A stretch of 64,000 nt of DNA from Octopus vulgaris (Eukaryota). The position numbers and the translations under genes were made by a program. The notes under the pieces were generated by a model. That model had not been told where the DNA came from and did not search any database. It worked only from the letters and a program-made list of their open reading frames with translations. Shown here piece by piece: positions 1 through 12,029 of the stretch (its first letter is position 1; every line of letters begins with the position of its first letter). Location: NCBI GenBank assembly GCA_951406725.2, contig OX597821.1, positions 29,884,001 to 29,948,000 of the forward strand, written 5' to 3'.

Positions 1-595
1 TGACACGCATGTATATACAAACATACATACATACATACACACATTCACATACAGACACGCATGTATATACATACATACATATATACATACATACAAACAC
101 ATATACATACACACACATGTACATAGATCAAATACATGAACTAATTATATATATATAGGAAAAATGTCTCGCCTTGCTCTAAAACAATTTCGGAGCTACC
201 CTTGGGAGATTATTTGAAACTAACCATCGAATAATCACGATTTTGACCTATTTTGTGTGCAATGTTCATTGAAGGGAGAACCGCGTAGGCTGTTTTAGTT
301 AGTCTGTACATATCAGTCAATAGTGAGGAAAAAAATCACGTGATGGAGTATATGTAGCAATAAATGAACATCGAAAATACCTCTGAACATTATGGAGGGC
401 ATAAGTTAATTAATTATAAATAAGAAAATATTTCTAATTTTGTTCTAATGCAATTTGGGAGTTATAACACCCTAGAGAGATTATGAGAGTATAACAACCA
501 AATCGTCATGATATCAGCCTATTGGGTATTGTCGGTCCCAGTGTATTATAGAACACATGATGTCTCTTTATCAGATTCATGTGTGTTTGCTTATG

Positions 596-627
<32 letters not shown>

Positions 628-1387
628 TTAAATCGTTGATAGGAAACTGGAGTAAATTTGGCAATTAATGCATAACGAATGCTGTATATCACCAAGTATT
701 CGTTCTAGCTTCTATGGCAATACATTATATCGGAATTTAGGAGTAATATATTAAAGATTGCAATAAATTTGCACTCCAGTGAGCTCACACATATCGACAT
801 CAGAATAGGACTCGTATGACCTGCATAAACCTTATGACATCCTAACTCCGCCTTGAGTTCCTGTTCTCCCTCTTAAGAAAATGTCTTTGTGCATACATCA
901 AAACTGTGCCATTCCTCTTATAAAGAATACCATTCTTTGATCTCTTTTAGTCGGTGCAATCTGATTTGAGGCGATTTTAAAGCCCATGTTTCTTGATCCC
1001 GAGGACACGTTTGTGAAGGCTAAGAATGTACTAAGCGAATTGTTTGTATTCTTCTATTAAAAAATAGTTCGGGCTGAGACAGAAGGTAGCATCAAAAATT
1101 TTGCATATTGTATTAAAGTGAATCGACAGTATTTAGAAGCGACGAATTTAACTCGCAGCAGACCGTTGCATTCTAGCGCACGCACAATTCGATATTAGAA
1201 TGTACGACAAGCAGCGTGGTGAGGGCTTCTAAGAATGTAGGTGGTCCTTGGTGTATGCTTTAAATTGGTGTGGATGATGTTCAGCATAAGTTGCAGTAGT
1301 TCGGTGTCTGCATAGTAAACAGAGATAGCAATGGAGTTCCATAATGAAATTTATTTCTGCTATATCTAATACCTATATTATAAATGC

Positions 1388-1776
1388 AGTGGAGGTGCAA
1401 TGCCCAAGTGGTTAGGGCAGCGGACTCGCGGTCATAGGATCGCGATTTCGATTCCCAGACCGGGCGTTGTGAGTGTTTTTTGAGCGAAAACACCTAAAGC
1501 TCCACGAGGCTCCGGCAGGGAATGGTGGTGATCCCTGCTGTACTCTTTCACCACAACTTTCTCTCACTCTTACTTCCTGTTTCTGTTGTACCTGTATTTC
1601 AAAGGGCCGGCCTTGTCACTCTCTGTGTCACGCTGAATATCCCCGAGAACTACGTTAAGGGTACACGTGTCTGTGGAGTGCTCAGCCACTTACACGTTAA
1701 TTTCACGAGCAGGCTGTTCCGTTGATTCGGATCCACCGGAACCCTCGTCGTCGTAACAGACGGAGTGCTTCCATCC
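1388..1776 (+). mobile_element. tRNA(Arg)-derived SINE, family B, tail type 1, full length
   Basis: A box TGCCCAAGTGG, TCG anticodon-like loop and B box TTTCGATTCC; 11-bp TSD ATTATAAATGC at 1377-1387 and 1777-1787; second copy at 28837-29222. Confidence 0.9.
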
Positions 1777-2037
1777 ATTATAAATGCTAAATCTAATAAC
1801 TGTAGAATACGGAGCCAGGGAGTGTGATGCCTTAGTCACGCGTAGGGCAGCGGAAGTAGATGATTCGGATGTATTTTGGCGGAGGTGCGATATTCATGCT
1901 AAATTGAGACAAGTTGAAATCATTATAGGGGTTAGCGAAAGGAAAAAGCATAGACATTCTACAACATATAGGTGGACCCATATTTGAAACACTCGCTTAT
2001 TATCCTTGTCATCCTCTTGTGTGACAATTCTATGATC

Positions 2038-2478
2038 GGATCTTTTCGGTTTGAACGACAGTTTTTTTTTAGCGGTGTCATATGAAATTGTCACCCATAA
2101 TTATGACCATAGTATCGATCTATTGCATTTCAATCTATTTTAGGGTTAGGGTTAGAGTTAGGGTTAGGGTGAGGGTTTGGGGATGGGGAAGGGTATCTTC
2201 TTTTCTTCACAAATGTAACTAAACCCAATCTGTTTCTTAAACGAGGGACATTTCCATGCGGCACAGAATGTTTTCACCTGAACAGACGTCATTGATTGGT
2301 TGAAATTGCAGAAATTGAAGAAAAACAACAACAAATATCTTACAAACTATAGAATTTTCTCAATAAAGCCAAGAGAAAAATATGTTTTATAAACACATTC
2401 TACCAGTATACGAAGTTTAAAAGTGTTTAGTTACGTGGAAATTATTTTAAAAAACTACCGTTCAAACCGAAAAGATCC
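2038..2478 (+). mobile_element. Non-autonomous TIR DNA transposon (MITE) with internal (TTAGGG)n
   Basis: About 28-bp TIRs GGATCTTTTCGGTTTGAACG...CGTTCAAACCGAAAAGATCC; 8-bp TSD CTATGATC/CTATGATT; TTAGGG array at about 2140-2170; inverted copy at 42018-42466. Confidence 0.9.
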
Positions 2479-2804
2479 CTATGATTAAGCAAAAGCTAAT
2501 ATTTACGGAAATTGCAAACCGCATTACAATTGTTAATGGAAGCTCGATACATATACACCTCTCTCTCTCTAGAGACACTTAACCTTGAAGGATTACACGA
2601 AAGAACAGCAACACATATATGTCAACTCTACATATATGGCATCATATGATTGTTCGTTAATTTCCGTATGCTTTGAAGAGAGCAGAAATCGAAAGAGAGG
2701 ATAAAGTGAAAAGGAGACATTTGCTTTGAAGTTAGAAGAGAAAGTAAAAAAGAGGAGAAAGTGTAAGATCTATGTGTACATGAAATGGATGTCTGTGTGT
2801 GTGC

Positions 2805-2842
<38 letters not shown>

Positions 2843-2974
2843 GAAAGAAAGAAAGAAAGAGTGAGTGAAGGTGTGTGATGTGATGTATGAATTTTTTGCA
2901 TGTATGTGTAAGTGGCACTCACTCGCCTTCTTACGCACATACACATTATCTTTCATATACACGTACATAACGGA

Positions 2975-3059
2975 GGTAACCAATATGCACACCATCCGTT
3001 TTCAGCCTAACCCTAACCCTAACCCTAAGCACCGGGAATGCGTATTCCGTACTTTCACC
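2975..3059. repeat. Short interstitial (CCCTAA)n array, possibly the remnant of a second telomere-repeat element
   Basis: cctaaccctaaccctaaccctaa at about 3006-3028; only weak terminal complementarity. Confidence 0.4.
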
Positions 3060-3544
3060 CATAAATACATTAAACTGCATGTTTTTCCGGCTCATTTGCA
3101 TATATATATGTACATATATAGATGCATATATATATGTATATATATGCATATATGCATATATATATATATATATACATATATATACATATATATATATACA
3201 TATATATATATATACATATATATATATGCATATATATATATATATGTATATATATATACATACATACATACATAGATACATACATACATACATGCATATA
3301 TTTGCATATACATATATACATATATAAAACTGTATATACAAAACTGAAAATGTGTCTCTCTGTCTCTCTGTATGTGTGCGTCGCTAAGACTCGAGTACTA
3401 TCCAATCACTTTTTTCAATTATTTTAGCCACATTAATAATAAAATTATGAATAGTAATATTCAGTAATCTGAGTTGGTTCATCTGAGACACTAAATTTTT
3501 ATTAAATATTTCTCATGTGTTTATAAATACATCCTTTTCATGTA

Positions 3545-4005
3545 TTATGCGTTTACTGTAAGTGAGAATTTTTCGATAAAATCGAGTTCCATTGGCTTGC
3601 GGTACTTTGGGTCATATCTTGGACATTTGTAAAAGAGAAAAATTTTGAATCTACCGTTTCCACATATTTCCAGATGCTTACGCAGTGGAATCTTCCGTAG
3701 TTCTTTTTGTATGATATGTTGTCTGTGAATTCTTACACGTTGGCATGGAGATTTGTTGGTCTCACCAACATAATTTTCTTTGCAACTATGGCAGGTTCTG
3801 CAATATATGAGATTCTGTGTCATGCCGTTCATATCTACATTTACTTCGAAGGGGAATCCACTTTACATTTAATAGGGGAGTTAGTCTCCAGATATTTGAA
3901 TTTTTGTTGTTACATATTTGGTATCTATTATCTCTTGAGACCTTCACGGGAAATTCTGAATTATCCTCTGCTATGAGATTTGTCCTCAAGATTTTTTCAA
4001 CTAAT
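3545..4005 (-). mobile_element. Penelope-like element, C-terminal GIY-YIG endonuclease fragment (decayed)
   Basis: ORF 3545-3832 has NLIYCRTCHSCKENYVGET...RVRIHRQHI...HLEICG...FKIF...RKPMELDFI, a GIY-YIG domain with CxxC between the motifs as in Neptune-type PLEs; the upstream frame is frameshifted. Confidence 0.85.
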
Positions 4006-4008
4006 TAA

Positions 4009-4056
<48 letters not shown>

Positions 4057-4336
4057 CACACACACACACACGAAAGACACGATTTCTCAGTAAATAAATC
4101 ATTCATGATGAATTTCTCAAAACGAGATGAAAGCACTAAATAAATATTTATCAGAATCCTAACTACATGCTTTTTAATTTGTAACCTGTGCACCGCTTCA
4201 TACAATCTGCCGTGTATGTATGTATGTATGTATGTATGTATGTATGTATGTATGTATGTATGTATGTATGTATGTATGTATGTATGTATGTATGTGTGTA
4301 TTTATGTATATGTATATATTAAAAAGCATGTAGTTA

Positions 4337-4385
<49 letters not shown>

Positions 4386-4386
<1 letters not shown>

Positions 4387-5301
4387 TTTTACTCTTTTAC
4401 ACGTTTCAGCAATGCGGCTACGGTCATCCTGGTGCACCACCGTGGTCTTTCTAATTTTATCAGTCTGGGGTACTTCATATCACCATACTCATGTTGGCAC
4501 ATTTGGTGAATAAGGGAGTTTGATTTCACTGCCCTCGTTTGTGACTCATCTTGCGCTGTTGGTTCAACCGGTATTGTGGAGAGGAAGGCGTCTAGTTCCT
4601 TTTTAGAAACATCTACTTCCACCTTATGCAGATTTATAAATTTTTGTGCCAGAGCATTGAAGAGCTGTGGGCCTTTGAACCCTGTACTATTGCAGTACCT
4701 GGTCCTGAATTTATATAGAATGGATGATGCGTTTGGTACAATACAATGGCGGACAGTTATGGCATTTGTATAACACTCAATGCCGAAATTAGGTACTAGC
4801 CCTTCTAGTGTTTTTTACATGTAGATCATTGCGTAACCCTCGCGCCTTCGCTCCAAGGAGTGAAGTTACAGTTTTCTCAGCCTATACCTATTGCTCATCC
4901 ACTGCACTTTTTAAAATCATTTTAGTGTAGTGGCATTGGACTGCTTCAAGCTACACTGGTAGTTTGGCACTAAGTGGTGATCATAAATGGGAGAGGTCGT
5001 CCAGGTGGCTGAGAACAATGGTTCTCCACTGGGTCAAAATAGTTTCTTGGTCACTTGTCGTGAAGTACCTCAATATCCATCCTGCCAGTTCTCTGCACTT
5101 TGTTGCCATCTTTGTAATGTGCTTATATAATAAGCCGTCATTGTACATACTGGTCCTCAAGTCTTTCACTGCTTGTGACTCTAGGAATGTAGTGCTTACG
5201 GGTTCCATGTATGCAGGCTGCTGTGCATTCGTGAGTTGATAGTGCAGTACTTGAAATTTTTCAGCATTAAACTGCATGCTTTTCAGGTTCATTTGCATAT
5301 A
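4386..5301 (-). mobile_element. 5'-truncated CR1-group LINE (ORF2 C-terminus and 3' UTR), decayed
   Basis: MQFNAEKFQVLHY, VKDL, GWILRYF, SLERRR, GPQLFN and LDAFLSTIP segments across frameshifted frames; ends in GTAAAAGAGTAAAAG repeat tail. Confidence 0.85.
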
Positions 5302-5328
5302 CACATTTGTATACATATATATATATGC

Positions 5329-5361
<33 letters not shown>

Positions 5362-5934
5362 TGTATGTATGTATGTATGTATGTATGTATGTATGTATAT
5401 ATGTATGTATGTATGTAAGTATCACTTGAAAAGGAAAGTGAGAGTAGAGGTAAGTTTTGTCTAGCGAATGTTTAAAAAAAAGATGGGTGAATGTAGCAAG
5501 GATGGCACGTATGAATGACGAAGCCACCTTGAGCATAATCCTATGAACCCGGAAAAATTTAAAACAGAGTGTTACTTACTTGCAAATAAATGTGTTAACA
5601 TGTGACATTATTGACCGAGGTTACCGTGGTCTTTTCCGTAGGCTTTTCTTTCCACGGATAAACCTTATCTGCTCCCCCCTTTACAATTTGCATCATGACA
5701 TTTCTGTGATACACGATCCCTATGGATTGTTTTTTTCCCTTTCCTTTTTACGATCCCTGCACCACTTTTTTTCTCCTCAAAAAGAAATGCTCTACTTTGT
5801 AATTTGTCCCGTCTGTGTTCAGCCCTGTGTGGTTAATAAAGAAAAAAAAAATGTATATATGTATATACTTATGTATATATATATATGCATGACCGAAACA
5901 AGTAAAACCAATAAAAAAACTATGCCATTATAAC

Positions 5935-5962
5935 CCCTAGCAACGCTGGGTGTCTTTGCAAG
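5935..5962 (+). mobile_element. Helitron-like 3' terminus (hairpin plus degenerate CTAG)
   Basis: CCCTAGCAACGCTGGGTGTCTTTGCAAG resembles the 3' end CCCGAGCAACGCCGGGCGATACTGCTAG of the Helitron at 29726. Confidence 0.45.
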
Positions 5963-6110
5963 AATATATATATATATATATATATATAATTAATAAGGGT
6001 GAGAGAATTAGATACTAATTTAATAGTATATCTATTCTACACCAAGTGGCCTAGTGCTCCGAGAAACCTGGATTATTATAATATTTTATAATATATTATA
6101 ATATTTTTAC

Positions 6111-6158
6111 AAAATAAATATAAGAGAGTGAGCCATATAGTGACCACTCTCTTATATT

Positions 6159-6164
<6 letters not shown>
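6111..6164. repeat. Perfect 20-bp inverted repeat (hairpin) abutting (TA)n
   Basis: AAAATAAATATAAGAGAGTG (6111-6130) pairs with CACTCTCTTATATTTATTTT (6145-6164); 14-nt loop. Confidence 0.8.
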
Positions 6165-6215
<51 letters not shown>

Positions 6216-6303
6216 CATATATACTTATATATATGTATATGTGTGTGTGTTTTATATATGGAACAGCTACTTTTGTGTGTATATATATATATATACACAC
6301 ACA

Positions 6304-6356
<53 letters not shown>

Positions 6357-6357
6357 C

Positions 6358-6389
<32 letters not shown>

Positions 6390-7197
6390 CACCTAATTAT
6401 GTACAGTTTTTTCTGCTCTCATATGTGTATAACAATGCCTAATTCTATACACACACTGATATATCCTCCAGAAGTTAATGTTAACAAACAGTTGCATAAT
6501 AACAGGAATACATGCCGACACACATTCACTCACTTACATTTGCACACGCGCACACAGACGTTACGTAGACATACATACTAACTCCAATTCATTCATGAAG
6601 CTTCAGGTATTATTCAGTCATTCTACTTCTTTAGCAGCTAACCAACGTGAAACAGCTATATAAACCAACTCAGGCTAATATTATTTGACATTGGTTCCTA
6701 TCTGCGATATTCCTCTCATAATATTAACTGCTATGCTTGATTAGTGAGATTATTTACATGTATACACGCATATAACACGTCATTTCTTTCTCGCCATCTG
6801 ATGCTCGTTAGGAAAGATGTGAAACCCCTCCAGTTTTTACGCCAGCATACAAAAATAACAGCATTCCCGTTGCAGACGAAGCCAAGGAACTGTCAGAAAT
6901 ACGAATAACCGAACCACTAATTGTTTAAGAAACTTACAAATCGTGGTATTAGGATCTCGTTTATTGGTAGTATATATACGCATATACTCCGTCTCTCACT
7001 GTCGCACACACGTATACAAACAAACGCATGTAAACTAGAATTAATGTTACAATATGAGAATACTGAGCCATGAGAAGTTTTTCCTTCTTTCAGGTACCAC
7101 ATCTGGACGGGTTTACAAATGTTATGAGAAAATATAGTTAGTAAAGAATATATGAAAAAAATGCTTTTGCTTTCTTTAAGGTGAATAATTCATAAAT

Positions 7198-7431
7198 CTA
7201 TTTCTTTACTACCCACAAGGGGCTAAACACAGAAAGGACAAACAAGGACAGACAAACGGATTAAGTCGATTATATCGACCCCAGTGCGTAACTGGTACTT
7301 ATTTAATCGACCTCGAAAGGATGAAAGGCAAAGTCGACCTCGGCGGAATTTGAACTCAGAGCGTAGCGGCAGACGAAATACCACTAAGCATTTCGCCCGG
7401 CTTGCTAACGTTTCTGCCAGCTCGCCACCTT
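7198..7431 (-). mobile_element. tRNA-derived SINE, family C (Meta-like central domain)
   Basis: Head GGTGGCGAGCTGGCAGAAACGTTAGC, B box GAGTTCAAATTCC, domain GCCTTTCATCCTTTCGAGGTCGAT; 16-bp TSD TGAATAATTC(A/C)TAAAT at 7182-7197 and 7432-7447. Confidence 0.9.
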
Positions 7432-7664
7432 TGAATAATTCCTAAATAGTATATGTTAGTTATTCCTTTTAGCTGTCTCTGAAAAACGATGCTTACTTTT
7501 TGTTGTAAATCGAAGAACAAATAAGTTAAATGCGATAATGTGGATTGCCACATCATAAATTGTAGAAGAAAAAAATGAAATGAAACAACAAGGTTGGTGA
7601 AATAAATAAATAATAGAAGGAATACAGAAGAGGGACGTGAGAATAGAGCGCTGATGATGAAAGG

Positions 7665-8064
7665 TTTACTCTTTTACTTGTTTCAGTCATTTGACTGCGG
7701 CCATGCTGGAGCACCGCCTTTAATCGAGCAACTCGACCCCGGGACTTATTCTTTTGTAAGCCCAGTACATATTCTATCGGTCTCTTTTTGCCGAACCGCT
7801 AAGTAACGGGGACATAAACACACCAGCATCGGTTGTCAAGGAATGCTAGGGGGACAAACACAGACACACAAACATGCAAACACATACACATATACACAGA
7901 CATATATACGACGGGCTTCTATCAGTTTCCGTCTGCCAAATCCTCTCACAAGGCTTTGGTCGGCCCGAGGCTATAGTAGAAGACACTCGCCCAAGGTGCC
8001 ATGCAGTGGGACTGAACCCGGAACCATGTGGTTGGTAAACAAGCTACTTACCACACAGCCACTC
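7665..8064 (-). mobile_element. tRNA-derived SINE, family A (CORE-like motif, internal microsatellite, LINE-like tail)
   Basis: A box TGGCTGTGTGG, B box GGTTCAGTCCC, ACCTTGGGCGAGTG CORE-like segment, tail GACTGAAACAAGTAAAAGAGTAAA; 14 or more copies in the window. Confidence 0.9.
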
Positions 8065-8510
8065 GTGCACATGTAATTCAATTTCAAATGTCAGTGAATT
8101 GCAATGTTTTAAACCGGCAAAGGTAGTATTTCCAAGTGCCGTAAGAATTGCTATTTGAAGTATTTACATTTTCAAAATATCTCTTATCTGATTTTACCTG
8201 GAGGTCTTCTGTAGGTTTTAAAGGAATTTTTTCTTGTTATGCACGGATCATAACATTTGCTTTGATTTTTGATGAGTTTAAGTATTTTGTTGATTTCGCA
8301 TGTAATACTCTATCATGAACTCTTTTAATTGTTAATTTCGATGTGTTGTTTTCTTCCCTTTGTAACAGGGATGAAAGATCTGCAACAATTGAGGCGTGCA
8401 GGGTCTCATCCCGTTACATTAAATTATTTTGTCGAAGGAAAACCAAGACTTCGAATATCTTCAACAGCATAAATAGTATTTATTTTTTCTGGATTCGCAA
8501 TAATATACTC

Positions 8511-8739
8511 CACTCTTTACTCTTTTACTTGTTTCAGTCATTTGACTGCGGCCATGCTGGAGCACCTCCTTTAATCGAGTAACTCGACCCCGGGACTTAT
8601 TCTTTGTAAGCCCAGTACTCATTCTATTGGATCTCTTTTGCCGAACCTCTAAGTTACGGGGACGTAAACACATCAGCATCGGTTGTCAAGCAATGCTAGG
8701 GGACAAACACAGACATACAAACATATACACGCACACATA

Positions 8740-8815
<76 letters not shown>

Positions 8816-8991
8816 CATACATACATATATACGACGGGCTTCTTTCAGTTTTCGTCTACCAAATCCACTCAAAAGGCTTCGGTCGGCCCGAAGCTATAGT
8901 AGAAGACACTTGCCCACGGTGCCACGCAGTGGGACTGAACCCGGAACCATGTGGTTCGTAAGCAAGCTACTTACCACACAGCCACTCCTAC
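8511..8991 (-). mobile_element. SINE family A
   Basis: Full head-to-tail match to the other copies; expanded internal (TA)n. Confidence 0.9.
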
Positions 8992-9202
8992 GGCTGGAGG
9001 TCTTCTGTGGGTTTTAAAGGAATTTATACATATATTTTTCCTTCAGGGCGAACCGGTAGCCATGAGAGCTAGTTGCTGTGGTTAAATGGTGTGAACCAAA
9101 TCCTGTTTCATTCCGGCATAGTGTGGCTTCGCCACGCGGTTACAGCTTGAGGAGAGATCTGAGAACACGTCTGTTCAATTCGATGTCCGCTTCGAGAGAG
9201 AT

Positions 9203-9285
9203 CGCATGCGCATGAGGGAACTTCCGGCAGCCTCCCGGAAGAAATCCAACTCTGCACATGCGCGCTGAAGACTTCCAAAATGGCG
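9203..9285 (+). promoter_or_regulatory. Candidate housekeeping-type core promoter (NRF1, ETS and YY1 motifs)
   Basis: CGCATGCGCA 9203-9212, ACTTCCGG 9220-9227, CCGGAAG 9235-9241, GCACATGCGC 9254-9263 and CAAAATGGCG 9276-9285 in a CpG-rich patch. Confidence 0.45.
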
Positions 9286-10059
9286 TCAGTACACCTTTTT
9301 CAAAAGTAGATGTTCGATCATAAAATCGCTAGTTTTATCACGCCTTCACAAAGTTTACTTCCTCTTCGATCTCCGGCTCATAAATTGTCGATTCGGCATT
9401 GCAAGATTTATTTACGACACATGTATTTATACTTTTGTATGAACACAGGGCATTGATTTTGCTAGAATGTGTGTGTAATGTTTTCACACACACGTTTCTA
9501 TTGTAACTGTACCCTATTTTCAGGCTGCTTCAAACAAATTTCGACATATATGGTTGGCAAAGAAGGGCTTGTTAAACAACTTGAAGAAACTGACCTGCTA
9601 AATTAGATTTCAGAATGAATAAAAATAGTTCGGGAAACATGATACTGCTGGGCTTGTTTTAAATAACTCAGTAGTTAATAACGCTCATGGTTATTTTCTA
9701 TTTGAATTTGTATGTTACTAAAACATTATTGGAAAAGGGATACTAACTACAGGTTAGTACCTAATGTTACACATTTCGATACTTTCGACATTATTTATCA
9801 AACATGCTATACATAAGCACATCTGTCTGCATACACACCTGCACGCAGTCTTATCGTTAAAAACGCGAAACTGAACAGTACCATTGGTGGATAACCGATG
9901 AAAAATTATGGATTTTCTGTTTGCTTCTACATTCAGTATACGCTACGTCGTTTGTTTATATATTTTTTCATTTATTATGTAATGGAACGCAACATACACT
10001 GAATATTTATTAACAAGTAAGTTATATGTTCTGTATATCAAGTTTTGCCTTGATATTAA

Positions 10060-10805
10060 CTCTCACGCGCACTCTTCACCTTTCTGTCCCATCCCTATTC
10101 TTTGATTTTCTTTTCCCCCTACTTAACTTGTCTCTTCCTCTCTCTCTCATTTTTCACTCTCTCTCTCCCCCTCACCATACTTCATGGTCTCATCGCAGCC
10201 ATTCCCCTTCTTCTCTCCCTTCCTCTTGCTCCTCCTCCCCCCTTCCCGTCGTCCACCCGCGACGATACTTCCACCCTGACTGTCTTTCTAGCCTGGCCTC
10301 AAGGTAACTGGACGACATTCTTCCTGCTCTCCTGTCGTTCACAAAAAATTCTGCGTTTGCAATACTTTTTTCGTTCGGCGTCAACAGCCCTTCTTATCTT
10401 GTTTTTCCCCTGTCCTTGTCTTTTACTGTTATATTTTTTTACTGTTTATATTTTTTTACTGTTTATTTTTTTACTCTTTATATTTTTGTACTGTTGTTAC
10501 TGTCCTGTTTTTTAACCATTTTTTACCATTTTTTACCCCTCTGCGAAAAGATCTCAGAATGTTAATTGATTTGCTTTTCGCAGGAAGGAAAGTTTCTTGT
10601 TGAAGATACGTCTCGCTTTTATCCTTCGAAACGTAGAGTAGATAAAACCTTAGCGACTGAAGAAGGGGCTTTTTCGTTGTGTTAATTGTCCTGTACTCCA
10701 TTTTTTGTTGTTTTTAAAAAAATGTCCAGTTCCTTTGGTTTGTGTCTATGTTTTCGTTTCTCTTTGTGTTCGACGTCCCTTTGGTGTCCTGTACTCATAT
10801 ATGCG
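10060..10805 (+). mobile_element. Probable Penelope-type 3' terminal/pLTR remnant
   Basis: Pyrimidine-rich tract, then AGGTAACTGG and a GTCCCTTTGGTGTCCT end similar to the minus strand of 45935-46570; isolated CTGAAGAAGGG and GAAACGTA hammerhead-like words. Confidence 0.35.
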
Positions 10806-10875
10806 GGTATATGTACATGTAGAGGTAGGTACGTACATATATGTTTATATATATGCATATGTTTTATTTCATTTA

Positions 10876-10912
<37 letters not shown>

Positions 10913-10918
<6 letters not shown>

Positions 10919-11135
10919 AGAGTTTACGAAAAAAAAACAAAAGACGATGACAGATGGTGTACAAAACAATCAGATGTATTAGTATAGCACTCAGGACTAG
11001 AAAAAGTCTTTTACGTTTCGAGCCTTCGCTCTTGTACAGGAAGGGACACAGAAAAAACAAGGAGAGAAAAAATGTGTGTAGTGGCTAACGATCTATCATG
11101 GCGTCTGACTCGGACAGAATGGTCACACACGAAAA
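10913..11135 (-). mobile_element. Short non-coding element between (TA)n tracts with a decayed hammerhead motif
   Basis: Minus strand reads CTGTACA-A-GAGC-GAAG-GCTC-GAAA-CGTA at 11012-11039; same family as 62140-62262. Confidence 0.6.
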
Positions 11136-11166
<31 letters not shown>

Positions 11167-11168
<2 letters not shown>

Positions 11169-11576
11169 CGCAGGAGTGGCTGTGTGGTAAAAAGTTGGCT
11201 TACGAACTACATGGTTCCCGGTACAGTCCCACTGCGTGGCACATTAGGCAAGTGTCTTCTACTATTGCCTCGGGCTGACCAAAGCCTTGTAAGTGGATCT
11301 GGTAGACGGAAACTGAAAGAAGCCCGTCAAATATATGTGTGTGGTCGCGTGTGTGTGTGTTTGTGCGTCTGTGTTTGTTCCCCACCATCACTTGGCAACC
11401 AATGTTGGTGTATTTATATCCCTGTAACTTGGCGCTTCAGGAAAAGAGGCCAATAGAATAAGTACTAGGCTTACAAAGAATAAGTCCTGAGTTGATTTCT
11501 TCGAATATAAGCCGTTAAGGCGGTACTCCAGCATGGCCGCAGTCAAATGACTGAAAACAGGAGAATAAAAATAAAA

Positions 11577-11580
<4 letters not shown>
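11167..11580 (+). mobile_element. SINE family A (diverged copy)
   Basis: GGCGCAGGAGTGGCTGTGTGG head through GACTGAAAAC tail. Confidence 0.9.
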
Positions 11581-11611
<31 letters not shown>

Positions 11612-11614
<3 letters not shown>

Positions 11615-11947
11615 GCAAGTGTCTTCTACTATAGCCCCGGGCCGACCAATGCCTTGTGGGTGGATTTGGTAGACGGAAACTGAAAGAAGCCCGTCGTATA
11701 TATGTATATATATATATATATGCGTGTGTGTGTTTGTGTGTCTGTGTTTGTCCCCCTAGCATTGCTTGACAACCGATGCTGGTGTGTTTATGTTCCCGTT
11801 ACCTAGCGGTTTGGCAAAACAGACCGATAGAATAAGTACTGAGCTTACAAAGAATAAGTCCCGGGGTCGATTTGCTCGACTAAAGGCGATGCTCCAGCAT
11901 GGCCGCAGTCAAATGACTGAAACAAGTAAAAGAGAAAGAGATAAAAG
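11612..11947 (+). mobile_element. SINE family A, 5'-truncated
   Basis: Starts at TGGGCAAGTG next to (TA)n; intact tail. Confidence 0.9.
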
Positions 11948-11985
11948 AGATATACATATATATATATGTAGTTGGAGTATGTACA

Positions 11986-12029
<44 letters not shown>

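Noticed and set aside
780-1340. Repeat-free stretch as a possible exon
   Set aside because: The frames read are interrupted by stops and show no recognisable motif.
2140-2170. Telomere or chromosome-fusion site
   Set aside because: The short array lies inside a TIR/TSD-bounded transposon present twice in the window.
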